The notes: generated by a model not told the origin, from the sequence alone. A stretch of DNA of 64,000 nt from Polyangiales bacterium (GCA_044229975.1 JBGARZ010000004.1:1-64000); one strand, 5' to 3'. Counted from the first letter of the stretch, positions 39,202-49,303 are shown. Made by a program: numbers and translations.

Positions 39202-40647
39202 TCACAGCCCGTGACGGAAGACCGAGTACAGCGAGCGGTTGACCAGGAAGCCGTACGCGAAGGCGCCGCGCACGACGATGCGGCCCAATGGGGTTCCGGG
39301 GAGCCCCAGCGGGAGGCGGGTCTCGTCGATGGGGAGGGTGCGGGAGATCCCGAAGAGCCCGCCGTTGGAGCCGATGAGGCACCGCGGGGTGAGGCCCAGG
39401 AAGGTCCCGTCGCCGAAGCCGCTGGAGAAGCGGCTCGCGGTGCTCCCCGGCGCGTACTGCACCACCTCGGCGGGCGAGGAGGAGTGGAAGAAGACGGTCG
39501 CGCCGTCGAAGGCGAGGTTCGTGTAGGTGGCCGCCGTGCACCCGCCGGCGGTGGGCCCGTACACCACGGTGGGCGCCAGCGAGGTCGGCGCCGTGGGCCC
39601 GGCGTCGTAGCGCACCACCCGGAAGCAGCCCGTCGTCCCGAGGGTCTGCTGCGTGGCGACGTAGAGAACCCCGTCGGCGACGCCCATGTCGACGATGCGC
39701 TCGGAGCTTCGCCCGCGGTAGTCCAGATCGCCCCGGACCTGGATCCGCTGGCCGTCGAGGTCGGCGCGGATGATCGTCGCGCCGCTGGCGTCCTCCTCCG
39801 CCCAGAAGATTCCGTCAGGGCCGAGCGCGAAGCTCGGGATGTACTCCGTGCTCCCGCGGATGAGCTCGGGCATCGCCGTCGTGAAGCCGGCGATCGGGAG
39901 GCGGTAGATCGAGCTCGTTGTGCCGGTGACCGCGAAGTAGAGGTGGGTCGCGCTCAGCGCGATGTGCGGAACGCCCGGGCGGGGCAGCGAGCCCACGGTC
40001 GTCCCGTCGAGGCGCGCGAGCGTGAGGGCGGTGCCGTCGCTCCAGGCGGCGTGCGTGTCGTTTACGGCGAGCCGCAGCAACGTCGCCGTGCCGCTCCCAG
40101 AGCCGAGGACCGAGGTGGTCCCGGTGGTGGGCAGCCGCATCGAGCAGCTCGCGCCGCTCGCGCCGGTATCGGTTGAGGGCATCCCCACATCGGGAGCGCT
40201 CATCCCGATATCGCTGGGCATCCCCACATCGGGAGCGCTCATCCCGACATCGCTGGGCATCCCCACATCGGGAGCGCTCATCCCGACATCGCCGGGCGCT
40301 CCGGCGTCGGCGCCCGCATCGACCTGACCCGCATCGGGCACCCGATCGCAGCGCATCGTGGTGGGGTTGCAGCGCTCCCCCGGGTAGCAGGCCGATCCTC
40401 CGCACGGCTGGTAGCAGCCCGTCACGTCGCTGCACATGTAGCCCTGCGAACACGCGGCGTAGTCGCCGCTCGACGCAGGCAGCGCGCAGCGCGGGGTGCA
40501 GACCGAGACGCCCTTCCCCACCCGCACGAGCCCCGCGGGGCAAGGTCCGGTCGGCCCCATTCCCGTGCTGTCGCAGGTCGACGCCATCGAGGCCGCGGCG
40601 AGGAGCGTCAGCGAGAGCGAGCGCAGCGATGCAGCAGCGCGGCTCAC
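39202..40647 (-). CDS. Secreted Cys-rich protein with tandem-repeat linker and beta-propeller-like C-terminus
   Basis: Signal-like LSLTLLAAAS, Cys-rich block, then DVGM repeats; start uncertain. Confidence 0.65.
   Translation of the reverse strand: MSRAAASLRSLSLTLLAAASMASTCDSTGMGPTGPCPAGLVRVGKGVSVCTPRCALPASSGDYAACSQGYMCSDVTGCYQPCGGSACYPGERCNPTTMRCDRVPDAGQVDAGADAGAPGDVGMSAPDVGMPSDVGMSAPDVGMPSDIGMSAPDVGMPSTDTGASGASCSMRLPTTGTTSVLGSGSGTATLLRLAVNDTHAAWSDGTALTLARLDGTTVGSLPRPGVPHIALSATHLYFAVTGTTSSIYRLPIAGFTTAMPELIRGSTEYIPSFALGPDGIFWAEEDASGATIIRADLDGQRIQVRGDLDYRGRSSERIVDMGVADGVLYVATQQTLGTTGCFRVVRYDAGPTAPTSLAPTVVYGPTAGGCTAATYTNLAFDGATVFFHSSSPAEVVQYAPGSTASRFSSGFGDGTFLGLTPRCLIGSNGGLFGISRTLPIDETRLPLGLPGTPLGRIVVRGAFAYGFLVNRSLYSVFRHGL
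40177..40291. repeat. 39-bp coding tandem repeat, about 3 copies (PSDVGMSAPDVGM)
   Basis: gggcatccccacatcgggagcgctcatcccga(t/c)atcgct repeated. Confidence 0.85.
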
Positions 40648-40870
40648 GGCGTCCACCGCGTCAAGGCGACGGACAGGAATGGGAGGGTCGACGTGACGGG
40701 TCTCATGGGTTGCGCGCGCTCCTGTCGGTGGTCCCCCGTTGAGGCGCGACGTGACCTCCGGGAGAGACACCCGATCGGCGTGTATGTCGCCGCCCGGGGA
40801 GATTTTCTGAACGGGAGGCTCATCGCCAATCCCTCCCCACGGGCCGACGCGCGGTGCCGCTCTCCGGCGC

Positions 40871-42589
40871 CTATCGCGCCGCGCTTCGACACGCGGGCGC
40901 CTCGGGGCACGACCCCGGCGCGCAGAGGCCCTCGCGCAGGTGCCAGCTCTCCTGGCAGATGAGCAACCCGCGGCCCGCGACCTCCCGCATGCGTACGAGG
41001 TACACGCCCGACAGGCGCTCGCATGGCAGCTCACGTCCCACGCGCGCCAGCCGCGTCGGGTCGACCTCCGTCACGACCAGACGCGCCAGCACCACGTCGC
41101 CCGCGGCGCCCGCCTGCCGCGCGCAGCCCGTCTGCTCCCGCATGCCCGTCACCAGCGCCTCGCGCCGCCACTGCGAGCGGCTCCAATCGATGTCCAGCGT
41201 CCCGCCGTTGCGGCCGAAGAGCGCCTGCCAGTAGTCGCTGATCCAGTGGAGGTCGCCCTCGACGAGGCCGCCGCTGCGGAAGCGCACCGCGTCCGCGTAG
41301 AGCGCGCGCATCGACGACGGAGAGATCTGCGGCGAGCGGATCGCGCCGTGCCACTCGCGCAGACGCGCCTCCAACGTCGGCCACGAGGAGAGCGGTGCCA
41401 GCGTCACCGGCACGGGCGTCGTGACGGGCGTCGTGACGGGCGTCGTGACGGGTGTCGTCGGGTCGTCGCGGTGCAGCGTGAAGGCGCCAGCCACGACGAG
41501 CACCAGGGTCAGCGCCAACGCGGCGATGGTGGCGACGGTCTGGTGTGGGCGGCGGCGCGCAGGCTTCGGCGTGCTCACCACTGGCGGCAGCGAGGTCTGC
41601 GAGCTCGTCGCGGCGGGCGGCGGCGCTTCGATGGGTGGTGGCGGTGCGCGCGACGGGAAGCCCGCCATGGTGGCCTTCGACGCACCGACGATGAGCGCGA
41701 GGGCGTTGCCCGCGGGGAGCGCGGTGTAGCGCGGGCGCAGCGCCGGGTCGTCGAGCCACGCGTCGAGGCTGAGGCCGTTGGGGTGCGCGCCGCTCGGGTC
41801 GTAGAGGCCCGCGGGCGCTCCGTCGGGCGGCCGTCTCCCTGGGACAGGCGAGAGGTACGGCGAGCGCGGCGCGTCGCCCGGAGCAGGGAGGTCGAGCCAG
41901 CAGAGCTCGTCGTGCAGCAGGCACACGAACGGCGCCAGCGTGAGCGTCACCCCGCGCGCGGTGTCCACCAGCAGGAGCTGATCGCTCGGGATGCCAGTGG
42001 CGTCGGGGAGGTCGACGAGGAGGCCGCGGGGGGTGGTTCCGCGGCAGCTGCGCCAGACGCCGTGGGGGCGGCCGGCGGTGTCGATGCGGACGCGGCCGAG
42101 CGAGCCCAACGGGTACGCGAGGAGGAAGGCGCAGCCGTCGACGATGGCGTCGAGGTCGGCGCGGTGCTGCGCGAGGAGCGAGCTCGCGGCGGCCTGGAGG
42201 TCGACGCGGTGGTGGGCGGCCTCGTTGCGGAGCGCGCGCAGGCGGTCGAGCGACGTCCACCACGGGGAGCGGAGGAGCGCGTCGAGCTCGGGGTAGAGGC
42301 GCCCGGCGGCGGCGGGGCACGCGTGGACGAAGTGCTCGATGACGCCGAGGGAGACGCCGAAGGTGCTGGGGCGGATGTACTTCGCGAGCTCGGCGCGGGG
42401 CGCGTTGCGGGCGGCGGCGTCGGCGAGGAGGGTCCACGCGAGGTAGCGGGCGACGCCCTCGGCGAAGGCGAGCGCGGCGGAGAGACAGGCGGCGGCGTCG
42501 GGGGTGCGGAGGCGGTCGTAGAGCGCCGCGAGGGGATGCGGCAGCTCGTGGCGGGCGGCGTGATCGTCGAAGCGGGGGTCGGCGCTCAT
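40871..42589 (-). CDS. Putative HEPN-like domain / TM / extracellular domain protein
   Basis: LRNEAAH (RxxxxH) in a helical N-terminus; TM VATIAALALTLVLVVAGAF; VTTP repeats; Cys-containing C-terminus. Confidence 0.6.
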   Translation of the reverse strand: MSADPRFDDHAARHELPHPLAALYDRLRTPDAAACLSAALAFAEGVARYLAWTLLADAAARNAPRAELAKYIRPSTFGVSLGVIEHFVHACPAAAGRLYPELDALLRSPWWTSLDRLRALRNEAAHHRVDLQAAASSLLAQHRADLDAIVDGCAFLLAYPLGSLGRVRIDTAGRPHGVWRSCRGTTPRGLLVDLPDATGIPSDQLLLVDTARGVTLTLAPFVCLLHDELCWLDLPAPGDAPRSPYLSPVPGRRPPDGAPAGLYDPSGAHPNGLSLDAWLDDPALRPRYTALPAGNALALIVGASKATMAGFPSRAPPPPIEAPPPAATSSQTSLPPVVSTPKPARRRPHQTVATIAALALTLVLVVAGAFTLHRDDPTTPVTTPVTTPVTTPVPVTLAPLSSWPTLEARLREWHGAIRSPQISPSSMRALYADAVRFRSGGLVEGDLHWISDYWQALFGRNGGTLDIDWSRSQWRREALVTGMREQTGCARQAGAAGDVVLARLVVTEVDPTRLARVGRELPCERLSGVYLVRMREVAGRGLLICQESWHLREGLCAPGSCPEAPACRSAAR

Positions 42590-42612
42590 CGGCGCCGTAA
42601 GGGTACCAGCGT

Positions 42613-44214
42613 TCAGTAGGGAAGAGGGCGCAGGCGGTCGGTGCGCGCGTCGACGATGGAGACGTCGGCGGACCACGGGGGCGACGGGACCACGCACGAC
42701 GAGATGCCGCAGAGCACGGCATCGAACCAGCTACGGGTGGCGTCGCCGACCATGGTGGTCTCGATGAACCAGGTGACGCCGAGGCCGCTCGCCTGCGGGG
42801 CGCTGCGCACGCCGACGTAGGCGTGGCCGGGGACGATGTGGAGGATCGGTTCGAAGCCGATGTTTTCGAGGAGGCTGGCGAAGAGGAGGGTTCCGTCGAT
42901 GCAGTTGGCGGCGCGCATGGCGAGGCTCTCGCGCGGCAGGCTGATGGGCTGGTAGCCCTCGAAGTACGACGAGGAGAGGTTGCGGTAGATCACGCCGCGC
43001 GAACGCAGCTCGGTGAAGATGGCGGCGAGGGCGTCCCATGCGACGTCGGCGCGGGCGGTGGTGCGGCGCCAGCGCAGGTCGCGCGAGACGAAGTTGTCGC
43101 TGGTGTTGAAGAACACCAGTCGGTACCAGGCGCCGGGAGACGGAGCCGTGAAGGAGCCGCCTGCGCCGCCGCGCTGGTCGCGCCAGGTGCGGGTGGCGAC
43201 GGTGGACGTGCCCGCCTGCCACGCGAGGTATTGGCTCTCGGTGAAGAGGTAGACGTCGATGTCGTTGTCGGCGCCGCCGGAGACGGCGTCGAGCGCCCAG
43301 GCGATGGGCTCGTTGGCTTCGAGGTAGAGGCGTTCGAAGTACTGGCCGCCGACGGCGACGTTGGCCGAGCGGGACAGGTTCTCGGGGCGATATTGCTCGG
43401 TGGAGCGGTTCCAGGCGACGACGCCGAAGGAGCCGAACTGGCTGCGGGGTTCGACGGCGCGGCGGACGGTGGTGACGGTGGCGTCGTTGGGCGTGACGAA
43501 GACCGAGGCGTAGCGGCCCATCGCGGCGTAGGTGCTCGCGGCGGTGGTGGTGAAGCCGTCGACCGCGGACTGCGACCAGACGACGCCGTTGCCAGGGAGG
43601 GCGGACACCGAGCGCATCGCGGAGGAGAGCGTGGCGCCGGTCGTGTCGCGTGCGTAGGCCTCGATGCCGAGCGGGGTGAGCGAGCGGAGGGCGTAGAGGA
43701 GGGGGAGGTTCCAAGCGGGGTTGAGGCAGCGGGTCTGCGGGGCGCCAGGGGTGACGGTGACGTCCTCGGTGCGCTCGGTGGCGTAGCCGGGAGCGCGGAT
43801 GGTGAGGGTGACCGGGAGCGCGGTGGGGCCCGTGTTGGTGAGGCGCGCGCAGGCGGTCTCGAGCTGGTAGGGGCCCTCGGCGGGAGGGCGGAGACCGAAG
43901 AGGTGAACGAGGTAGGTGGGGAGCCAGGTCTCGCCGCCCGGGCGGGTCCAGAGCGCGGGGAAGGTCCAGTCGACGCGGAGGGGAGAGGCAGCGGGCGGGA
44001 CGTCGACGGCGGGCGGGGCGTCGGTGGTGGCGGCGGGCGGGACGTCGGTGGTGACGGTGGGCGGGGCGTCGACGGCAGCGGCGTCGGTGGAGGCGTCGGG
44101 AGCGGGGAAGTAGGTGGTGGACGCGTCGGCGCCGCAGCCGGTCCAGACGACGGCGAGCAGGGCGAGGAAGAGGGCGCGAGGGAGGTGGAGGAGCGGACGG
44201 CGAGGAGTGGGCAT
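42613..44214 (-). CDS. Lipoprotein with C-terminal transglutaminase-like Cys-protease domain
   Basis: VWTGC lipobox; ANCIDGTLLFASL...PGHAYVG...IETT (Cys-His-Glu). Confidence 0.75.
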   Translation of the reverse strand: MPTPRRPLLHLPRALFLALLAVVWTGCGADASTTYFPAPDASTDAAAVDAPPTVTTDVPPAATTDAPPAVDVPPAASPLRVDWTFPALWTRPGGETWLPTYLVHLFGLRPPAEGPYQLETACARLTNTGPTALPVTLTIRAPGYATERTEDVTVTPGAPQTRCLNPAWNLPLLYALRSLTPLGIEAYARDTTGATLSSAMRSVSALPGNGVVWSQSAVDGFTTTAASTYAAMGRYASVFVTPNDATVTTVRRAVEPRSQFGSFGVVAWNRSTEQYRPENLSRSANVAVGGQYFERLYLEANEPIAWALDAVSGGADNDIDVYLFTESQYLAWQAGTSTVATRTWRDQRGGAGGSFTAPSPGAWYRLVFFNTSDNFVSRDLRWRRTTARADVAWDALAAIFTELRSRGVIYRNLSSSYFEGYQPISLPRESLAMRAANCIDGTLLFASLLENIGFEPILHIVPGHAYVGVRSAPQASGLGVTWFIETTMVGDATRSWFDAVLCGISSCVVPSPPWSADVSIVDARTDRLRPLPY

Positions 44215-44222
44215 GGCCGCTC

Positions 44223-44249
44223 GACGCCGGGCGGCGCGGCGGTCTGACA
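44223..44249 (-). promoter_or_regulatory. ECF-type promoter motif TGTCAG-N17-CGTC (possibly leaderless mRNA)
   Basis: Minus strand tgtcag accgccgcgccgcccgg cgtc, 8 nt before the ATG at 44214. Confidence 0.6.
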
Positions 44250-44288
44250 CCGGAGGGGGAGTGGAGGGACTTGAAGGGTTGGGGAGGA

Positions 44289-44393
44289 AAGCCGCAAGGG
44301 CGCCAGGGTCGCAAGGGCCAGAGGACAGAGACGAGGGAGGAGGTCTCGCACTCGAACAGCTCTTCCCTTGCGACCCTGGCGCCCTTGCGGCTT
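44289..44393. repeat. REP-like perfect 29-bp inverted repeat
   Basis: aagccgcaagggcgccagggtcgcaaggg (44289-44317) and reverse complement (44365-44393); imperfect outer extension. Confidence 0.85.
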
Positions 44394-44426
44394 GCCCCAT
44401 CCCTTCGAGTCCCCTGCGGACCGTTA

Positions 44427-45674
44427 CTACGGCGACGCGCGTAGCACGCAGCGGAAGCTTACGCCGCGGTGGCCGCGGGCCTCGGGCTTCGCCGACCACG
44501 CGAAGCTCGCAGTGAGCCGTGCACCGCGCACCGGTCGCATACCGTCGACGGCGGGGTCGCTGCTCCACTCGAAGGTCTCCTGGTCAACGTGGATTCCGAC
44601 ACGGTTGGCTGCCGCCAGCTGCCACTCCTGCCGCGTGGGGAGATCGCTGTCCGGTCGTTGACGGCAATAGTCCCGCGCCATCTCCCACGGCAGGCAGTTG
44701 GCCGCGTAGGTGTTCAGCCCGTTCTCCCAGTTGCAACCGTTCTCGGGGGCGGGCGGTGGATGGGGACAGCGCCCGCTCTCCACGCAGCGTCGATAGTCGC
44801 CTTCGTGCACGAAGTCCCGGTCGATGCAGAACGCGTGGGCCTCGCCGCGCCCGCCAACGAGCCGCATCGTCGTCGGGCACGCGTTCATCCCCGCCGTCGT
44901 TGCGTCCGTCGCGTCCGTCCCTGCATCGACGACCGCCGCCGTGGCCTCCGTCGGCGTCGCAACCGGCACCTCGATCGGCGTTGGCGTCGGCGTCGGCTCC
45001 CGTGTGTCCGCCACGCGCTGCGGCGGCGCTGCATCCGGTGCGCTCCCTCGTCCCGCGACGAAGCCCGCTGCCGCGACCACCAGCACGGCACCCAGCGCGC
45101 CCGCGGCGTGTCGCGCTCCCCACGTCGCTCGTGGAGCCGTTGCGCGAGTGACGTCCGCCTGGGTGGTCTGCAACTGGTACGCGAGGTCGTTGGCCCGTCG
45201 CTGCTCCTTCTCGAACGCCAGCTCACCTGCGGTGCGCAGCCGGTCCCGCTCGCTGGCGAGCGCGGCGAGCACGTCGGTGAGCCCGTCGGGCAACGCCGCC
45301 CCGTCGCGGGTATGAAACCACCGCGCCAGCTCGCCGAGGGCGCTCGCCACGATGCGCGCGCTCGCCTCGCTCGTCGCCCCGTCGGGTTGGAAGTGCGCTG
45401 CGGTGTTGCCGTACTTCTGCACGCTCTCGACGTGGTTCCGCATCTCGCGCGGGATGGAGCCCGCCAGGCGCTCGTGCTTCGCGAGGGCGTCGATGCCCTT
45501 GCCCTGCTCGGCGAGGGTCGTGACGTCCACCTTCGACTCGACGAGCAGCGCGTAGAGCATCGCCTCCACGCTCCGCCGCGCCCGCCACAGAAACCCCTCG
45601 ACGGGCTGGCGCCACCGCTCCTGCGCCGCGGCCGTGAGCTCGAAGACCACCGCGGTCAGCACCCGCTGGTTCAT
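44427..45674 (-). CDS. DUF4145/HEPN-like domain / TM / FGE-sulfatase-like domain protein
   Basis: ARRSVEAML...VQKYGNTAAH; TM; CPTTM...FCIDR...WEMARDYC...DLPTRQEW...EWS...SFRC. Confidence 0.7.
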   Translation of the reverse strand: MNQRVLTAVVFELTAAAQERWRQPVEGFLWRARRSVEAMLYALLVESKVDVTTLAEQGKGIDALAKHERLAGSIPREMRNHVESVQKYGNTAAHFQPDGATSEASARIVASALGELARWFHTRDGAALPDGLTDVLAALASERDRLRTAGELAFEKEQRRANDLAYQLQTTQADVTRATAPRATWGARHAAGALGAVLVVAAAGFVAGRGSAPDAAPPQRVADTREPTPTPTPIEVPVATPTEATAAVVDAGTDATDATTAGMNACPTTMRLVGGRGEAHAFCIDRDFVHEGDYRRCVESGRCPHPPPAPENGCNWENGLNTYAANCLPWEMARDYCRQRPDSDLPTRQEWQLAAANRVGIHVDQETFEWSSDPAVDGMRPVRGARLTASFAWSAKPEARGHRGVSFRCVLRASP

Positions 45675-45760
45675 CGAAGACGTCGCGGCCTTTCGCTCTC
45701 CTCCCATCCGGTGCGGCGCGGACTCTACAAGCGCACCCCGGCAGAGCGGAAGGCGCTCGC

Positions 45761-47479
45761 TCAGTACGGGTACTCGTCCGCGAGCCGACGCGCCTGCTCG
45801 GTCGTCGCCAGCGTCGCGTCGATGAGCCAGCCGATGCCCTGCGGCGATGCGCTCCGCACCGCCGCGACCGCCGCCTCGCAGCTCTCGTCTCGCTCCAGCG
45901 CCACGTCCAGCGCCACGAAGCGGGCCTCGATCGCAACGCCACCATCATCGTCCGTCGCCGCCTCGATCGTCGCGCGCTCTATCGCCGCTTCGTCCGCGCG
46001 ACCCAGCGCGTGCAGGCACCGTGATCGCCACCGGGCGCGCGACCTCGCCAGAAACGCCGGAGCCGCGAGCCACGCAGCCAGGTCCAGCACCGCGAGCGCC
46101 TCGACCGTGTCACCCCGCGTGCACAGCCCGCGTCCCAGCGCGTAGCGCACGAAGAGTCCACCGATATCCGATGGCTCCGTCGCGTCGAGGTGCTCGCGTC
46201 CCTGCTGCACCGCGCGTTGCCACGACACGGGGTCGCCCGCGAGGGCCGCCACGCGCAGCCACTCGGCGAGCGGCCGCGAGCACTCGTCGCGGCGGTCGCG
46301 CTCGATCCACGCCGTCGTGGCTTCCTCCAGCGCCTCGCTCGCTTCGCGGTAGCGGCGCATCGCGGCGCGCCCCCGGCCGATCGCACCGAGCAGCCGCAGG
46401 TCGTCCTCCTCCATCGGAACGCGCAGCAACGCACCCGCCCGATCGAGGTACGGTGCGAGCGACGCCGAGCCCGCGTCGGCCGCCGCCTGGACGACGTGCG
46501 CCGCCTTCTCCCGGTCGCGATTCGCATCGAGGGACGCGTCCCACGGGATCTCGAAGCCCCGACCGTTGGCGTGTCGCTCGGCCACCTGTCTCGCGAAGGT
46601 CGCTCGGGCGTGCTCCAGGGTTCCAGGCGCCACGGCCGCTTGGACCCACCGCGCGCTCCGCTCGACCGCGCGCCACCGCCGCACCTCGCCGCCACGCGCG
46701 CAGAGCGCCATCAGGTCAGCCGCCACCTGCGCCGCGCGCTGACCCGTCCAGGTCGACGGTGGTGCCTCGTGCGCCCCGACGAATACCCGGTCGACGGCCT
46801 CGTGCGCCGTCGCGACGCCGACCGCCGTGAGCCACGAGCGACCGACCAACAGCTCGCGCGCCTCGTCGAGCTGTTCTGCGGCGACGAGCACCGTGTCGAC
46901 CCCGAGCGCGCCATCGGCGAGCAGCGCGAGCTTGCGGTCGAGTCCGCCGACCCGGCCGAGGGTGCCGTCGGGACGCAGCACCGCCGACGCGGCGAAGCGG
47001 GCGGGCACCACGCGCTCGGTCAGCCGCGAGCACAGCGCCAGCAGCATCGGCAGCCCGAACGACGCCCCGTCGAGCGCCTCGTCGGCCCCACTGCCCCGCT
47101 TGAACACCTGGGTCGCCCCGCGCGGCCTCTCCCCGAGCATCCGCAGGGAGTGGAGGTGCGGCACCACCGCGGTCGCGAGGGCCGCTGCCTCGTCGAGCAC
47201 ACGGTCGGCATCACCCCTGAACGGTCGCCCGTCGGGTCGCCGACGAGCGTCCCAGGAAAGCCGCCACAGCGCCTCGCGCTTGTCGGCCACCGAGACCAGA
47301 AGCACCTCACCGATGCCGGGCGGTGGCGGCGCGCCATGGCCCATCGCGAGGGCACCATCGGCGAGCTCGGGGGCCGTCGGCCAGCACCACGGCGTCGACA
47401 GCGCGTGCGCTGCGCCGGGCCGCTGCACCGCCGGAACCCTCCGCGCCGACAGCCATGCCCGGAGGGAGTCGTCGCTCAC
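45761..47479 (-). CDS. ATPase-less Lon-type (S16) protease domain plus TPR-like helical region
   Basis: DGASFG ... GRVGGLDRK with Ser and Lys 43 residues apart; no Walker motif; GTG overlaps the upstream TGA. Confidence 0.75.
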   Translation of the reverse strand: MSDDSLRAWLSARRVPAVQRPGAAHALSTPWCWPTAPELADGALAMGHGAPPPPGIGEVLLVSVADKREALWRLSWDARRRPDGRPFRGDADRVLDEAAALATAVVPHLHSLRMLGERPRGATQVFKRGSGADEALDGASFGLPMLLALCSRLTERVVPARFAASAVLRPDGTLGRVGGLDRKLALLADGALGVDTVLVAAEQLDEARELLVGRSWLTAVGVATAHEAVDRVFVGAHEAPPSTWTGQRAAQVAADLMALCARGGEVRRWRAVERSARWVQAAVAPGTLEHARATFARQVAERHANGRGFEIPWDASLDANRDREKAAHVVQAAADAGSASLAPYLDRAGALLRVPMEEDDLRLLGAIGRGRAAMRRYREASEALEEATTAWIERDRRDECSRPLAEWLRVAALAGDPVSWQRAVQQGREHLDATEPSDIGGLFVRYALGRGLCTRGDTVEALAVLDLAAWLAAPAFLARSRARWRSRCLHALGRADEAAIERATIEAATDDDGGVAIEARFVALDVALERDESCEAAVAAVRSASPQGIGWLIDATLATTEQARRLADEYPY

Positions 47480-48528
47480 CCTTCCCTCGCTGGCTCGGCC
47501 CACCACGCCTCGGGGCTCTGCCACGCCACCGCCGCGAGGCGCGGTGAGGTGATCGGCGACAGCCAGCGCCAGAGGGTCGCGCGCACACCGGCCTCGCGGT
47601 CGAGCGCAGCCAGGGCGATGCCGAGGGGGTCACGCGACGTCGTCCCCAGGAGTGCGGTGATGGATGCGAGGTCGTCGCGGCGTTCGAGCCAGGCGACGGC
47701 TTCGGGGCGGTCGGCTTCGCGGTCGGCTTCGTCGAAGCGGTCGAGGGCGTCGGACATCGCGCCGCACTCCACGCGAGCGAGGGCGTCGACCGCCGCGCGG
47801 TGACCCGCGGGGAGCGCGTCGAACCAGCGGCGCGCGCGCGCCCACGGGTGGTCATCGGCGCGCAGCCGGGCCATCGCGGCAGCCGCGGTGGTGGTCGTGC
47901 CGAGGTGCGACCAGAGGCGACCGAGGGTGCCCACGGCGGCGCACACGCCGTACGCGTCGCGCGGCGGGTCGGCGCGCAAGGGCGAGGTCATCCACGCGGG
48001 CGCGTCGAAGCCGCCGAGGAGCGCGTCGGGGTCGGGCGCGGGGATGACGGGCGCAGGCGGCGGTGTCCAGTCGGCGAGGGAGGCCATCTCGGCCGAGGCC
48101 CTCCGCGGCACCTCGAACCACGCCACCTCATCGCGCGTGAAGCGCAGCACGAACTCCCCGCGCGGGCCGAGCGCCCGAACGAGAACGGGACGCGCGGTGG
48201 CGTCGACGGCGACGCTGTCCTCGTCGAGCGGCGCGAGGTCGGCGGTGGAGAAGATCGCGAGGCCCGGTGTCGCCAGGAGGTAGAGCCCCCGCAGTGTGTC
48301 GCTCCAGGCGAGGTCGGCCTCGTCGGCGCCGGCCCCCGACGCAACCTCGCTGAAGCCCTCGACCCGTGTGACCGAACGCAGGGAGACGCCGAGATCACCC
48401 GCGGGAGTGGTGCCCGCCAGACCGAAACCGACGCCGCTCTCGGGACGGCGTTCTCCGCCGGTGTGGCGGAGTTCGACGTCGGGTGGGAGTTCCAGGGCGA
48501 CGAGCTCTTCGGGGGTGGGCGGGGTCAT
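47476..48528 (-). CDS. Hypothetical protein, candidate anti-sigma or protease substrate
   Basis: 350-aa ORF between sigma and protease; AGGAG RBS; C-terminal WLERRDDL...SPEAWW. Confidence 0.6.
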   Translation of the reverse strand: MTPPTPEELVALELPPDVELRHTGGERRPESGVGFGLAGTTPAGDLGVSLRSVTRVEGFSEVASGAGADEADLAWSDTLRGLYLLATPGLAIFSTADLAPLDEDSVAVDATARPVLVRALGPRGEFVLRFTRDEVAWFEVPRRASAEMASLADWTPPPAPVIPAPDPDALLGGFDAPAWMTSPLRADPPRDAYGVCAAVGTLGRLWSHLGTTTTAAAAMARLRADDHPWARARRWFDALPAGHRAAVDALARVECGAMSDALDRFDEADREADRPEAVAWLERRDDLASITALLGTTSRDPLGIALAALDREAGVRATLWRWLSPITSPRLAAVAWQSPEAWWAEPAREG

Positions 48529-48568
48529 CGCGGGCAACGCTCCTGCGGTTGGGTGGTGTTCCGTGAGG

Positions 48569-48595
48569 GACGCTGCGCGCGTCGGGAGTCTGACA
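48569..48595 (-). promoter_or_regulatory. ECF-type promoter motif TGTCAG-N17-CGTC just downstream of the sigma gene
   Basis: Minus strand tgtcag actcccgacgcgcgcag cgtc in the ~80-bp gap before 48528. Confidence 0.62.
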
Positions 48596-48607
48596 GGTCT
48601 CGCGCGC

Positions 48608-49303
48608 TCACCGTCGCTTCAGTTCGAGGAGCATGCGCTCGACGACCGACCGCTCGGCTTCGGTGATGGCACCGCTCTTCGCGAGCTCGTCGGCCGCAGC
48701 GAGCACGGCCTCACGAAATCTCTGGTGCTGCTTCATCGCGCGGTTGGCCGCCTTCTTCAGCACGTCAGGAGGTGGTGCGGGACCGAGGTTCTCGTCCCGC
48801 GTGACGAGGTCGTCGACGGTGAGATCACCAAAGTACAGCTCTTCGACCTGACGGCGTGCGACGAGCCGCCCGGGGCGGTGGGCGATCGGGGTCGCGGCGA
48901 CGGTGGCCTCGACGACGCGGCCGAACAGGTCGAGGGCCGCGCGGGTCGCGCGCTCGCGGTCGAGGTCTTCCTCGGTGGTCGATGAGACCGCGGCGGCCTC
49001 GACGGCGTCTTCGTCGGAGTCAGGGGTGCGCTGCGCCTTGCGGCCGGCCGAGCGCCACCCGTTGCGCGCCATCGTCGAGATGTACGCGCGCACCTCCTCG
49101 TCGCTCTGACCGCTGATGCCCAGGTCGTTGCGCTTCACCTTCTCGACGAACTTCAGCAGCACGGCCTGCGCGGTGTCTTCACGTTCTTGCGAGGCGGGGA
49201 CGACCCGCTCGACCTGCCGCCACACCAGCTCGTCGAGCGCTGTCCAGGTCGCGTCCGTCGCGGTGCCGTCGCGGAGCGCGGCGACGATGGCGAGCGGGGT
49301 CAC
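48608..49303 (-). CDS. Divergent ECF-type RNA polymerase sigma factor
   Basis: Region 2-like REDTAQAVLLK...RAYISTMARN...RK; region 4-like LYFGDLTVDDLV...HQRFREA; GTG overlaps the upstream TGA. Confidence 0.7.
   Translation of the reverse strand: MTPLAIVAALRDGTATDATWTALDELVWRQVERVVPASQEREDTAQAVLLKFVEKVKRNDLGISGQSDEEVRAYISTMARNGWRSAGRKAQRTPDSDEDAVEAAAVSSTTEEDLDRERATRAALDLFGRVVEATVAATPIAHRPGRLVARRQVEELYFGDLTVDDLVTRDENLGPAPPPDVLKKAANRAMKQHQRFREAVLAAADELAKSGAITEAERSVVERMLLELKRR

Noticed and set aside
41412..41460. 12-bp tandem repeat as a regulatory or array element
   Set aside because: It encodes a (VTTP)n linker after the TM helix of the 40871-42589 protein
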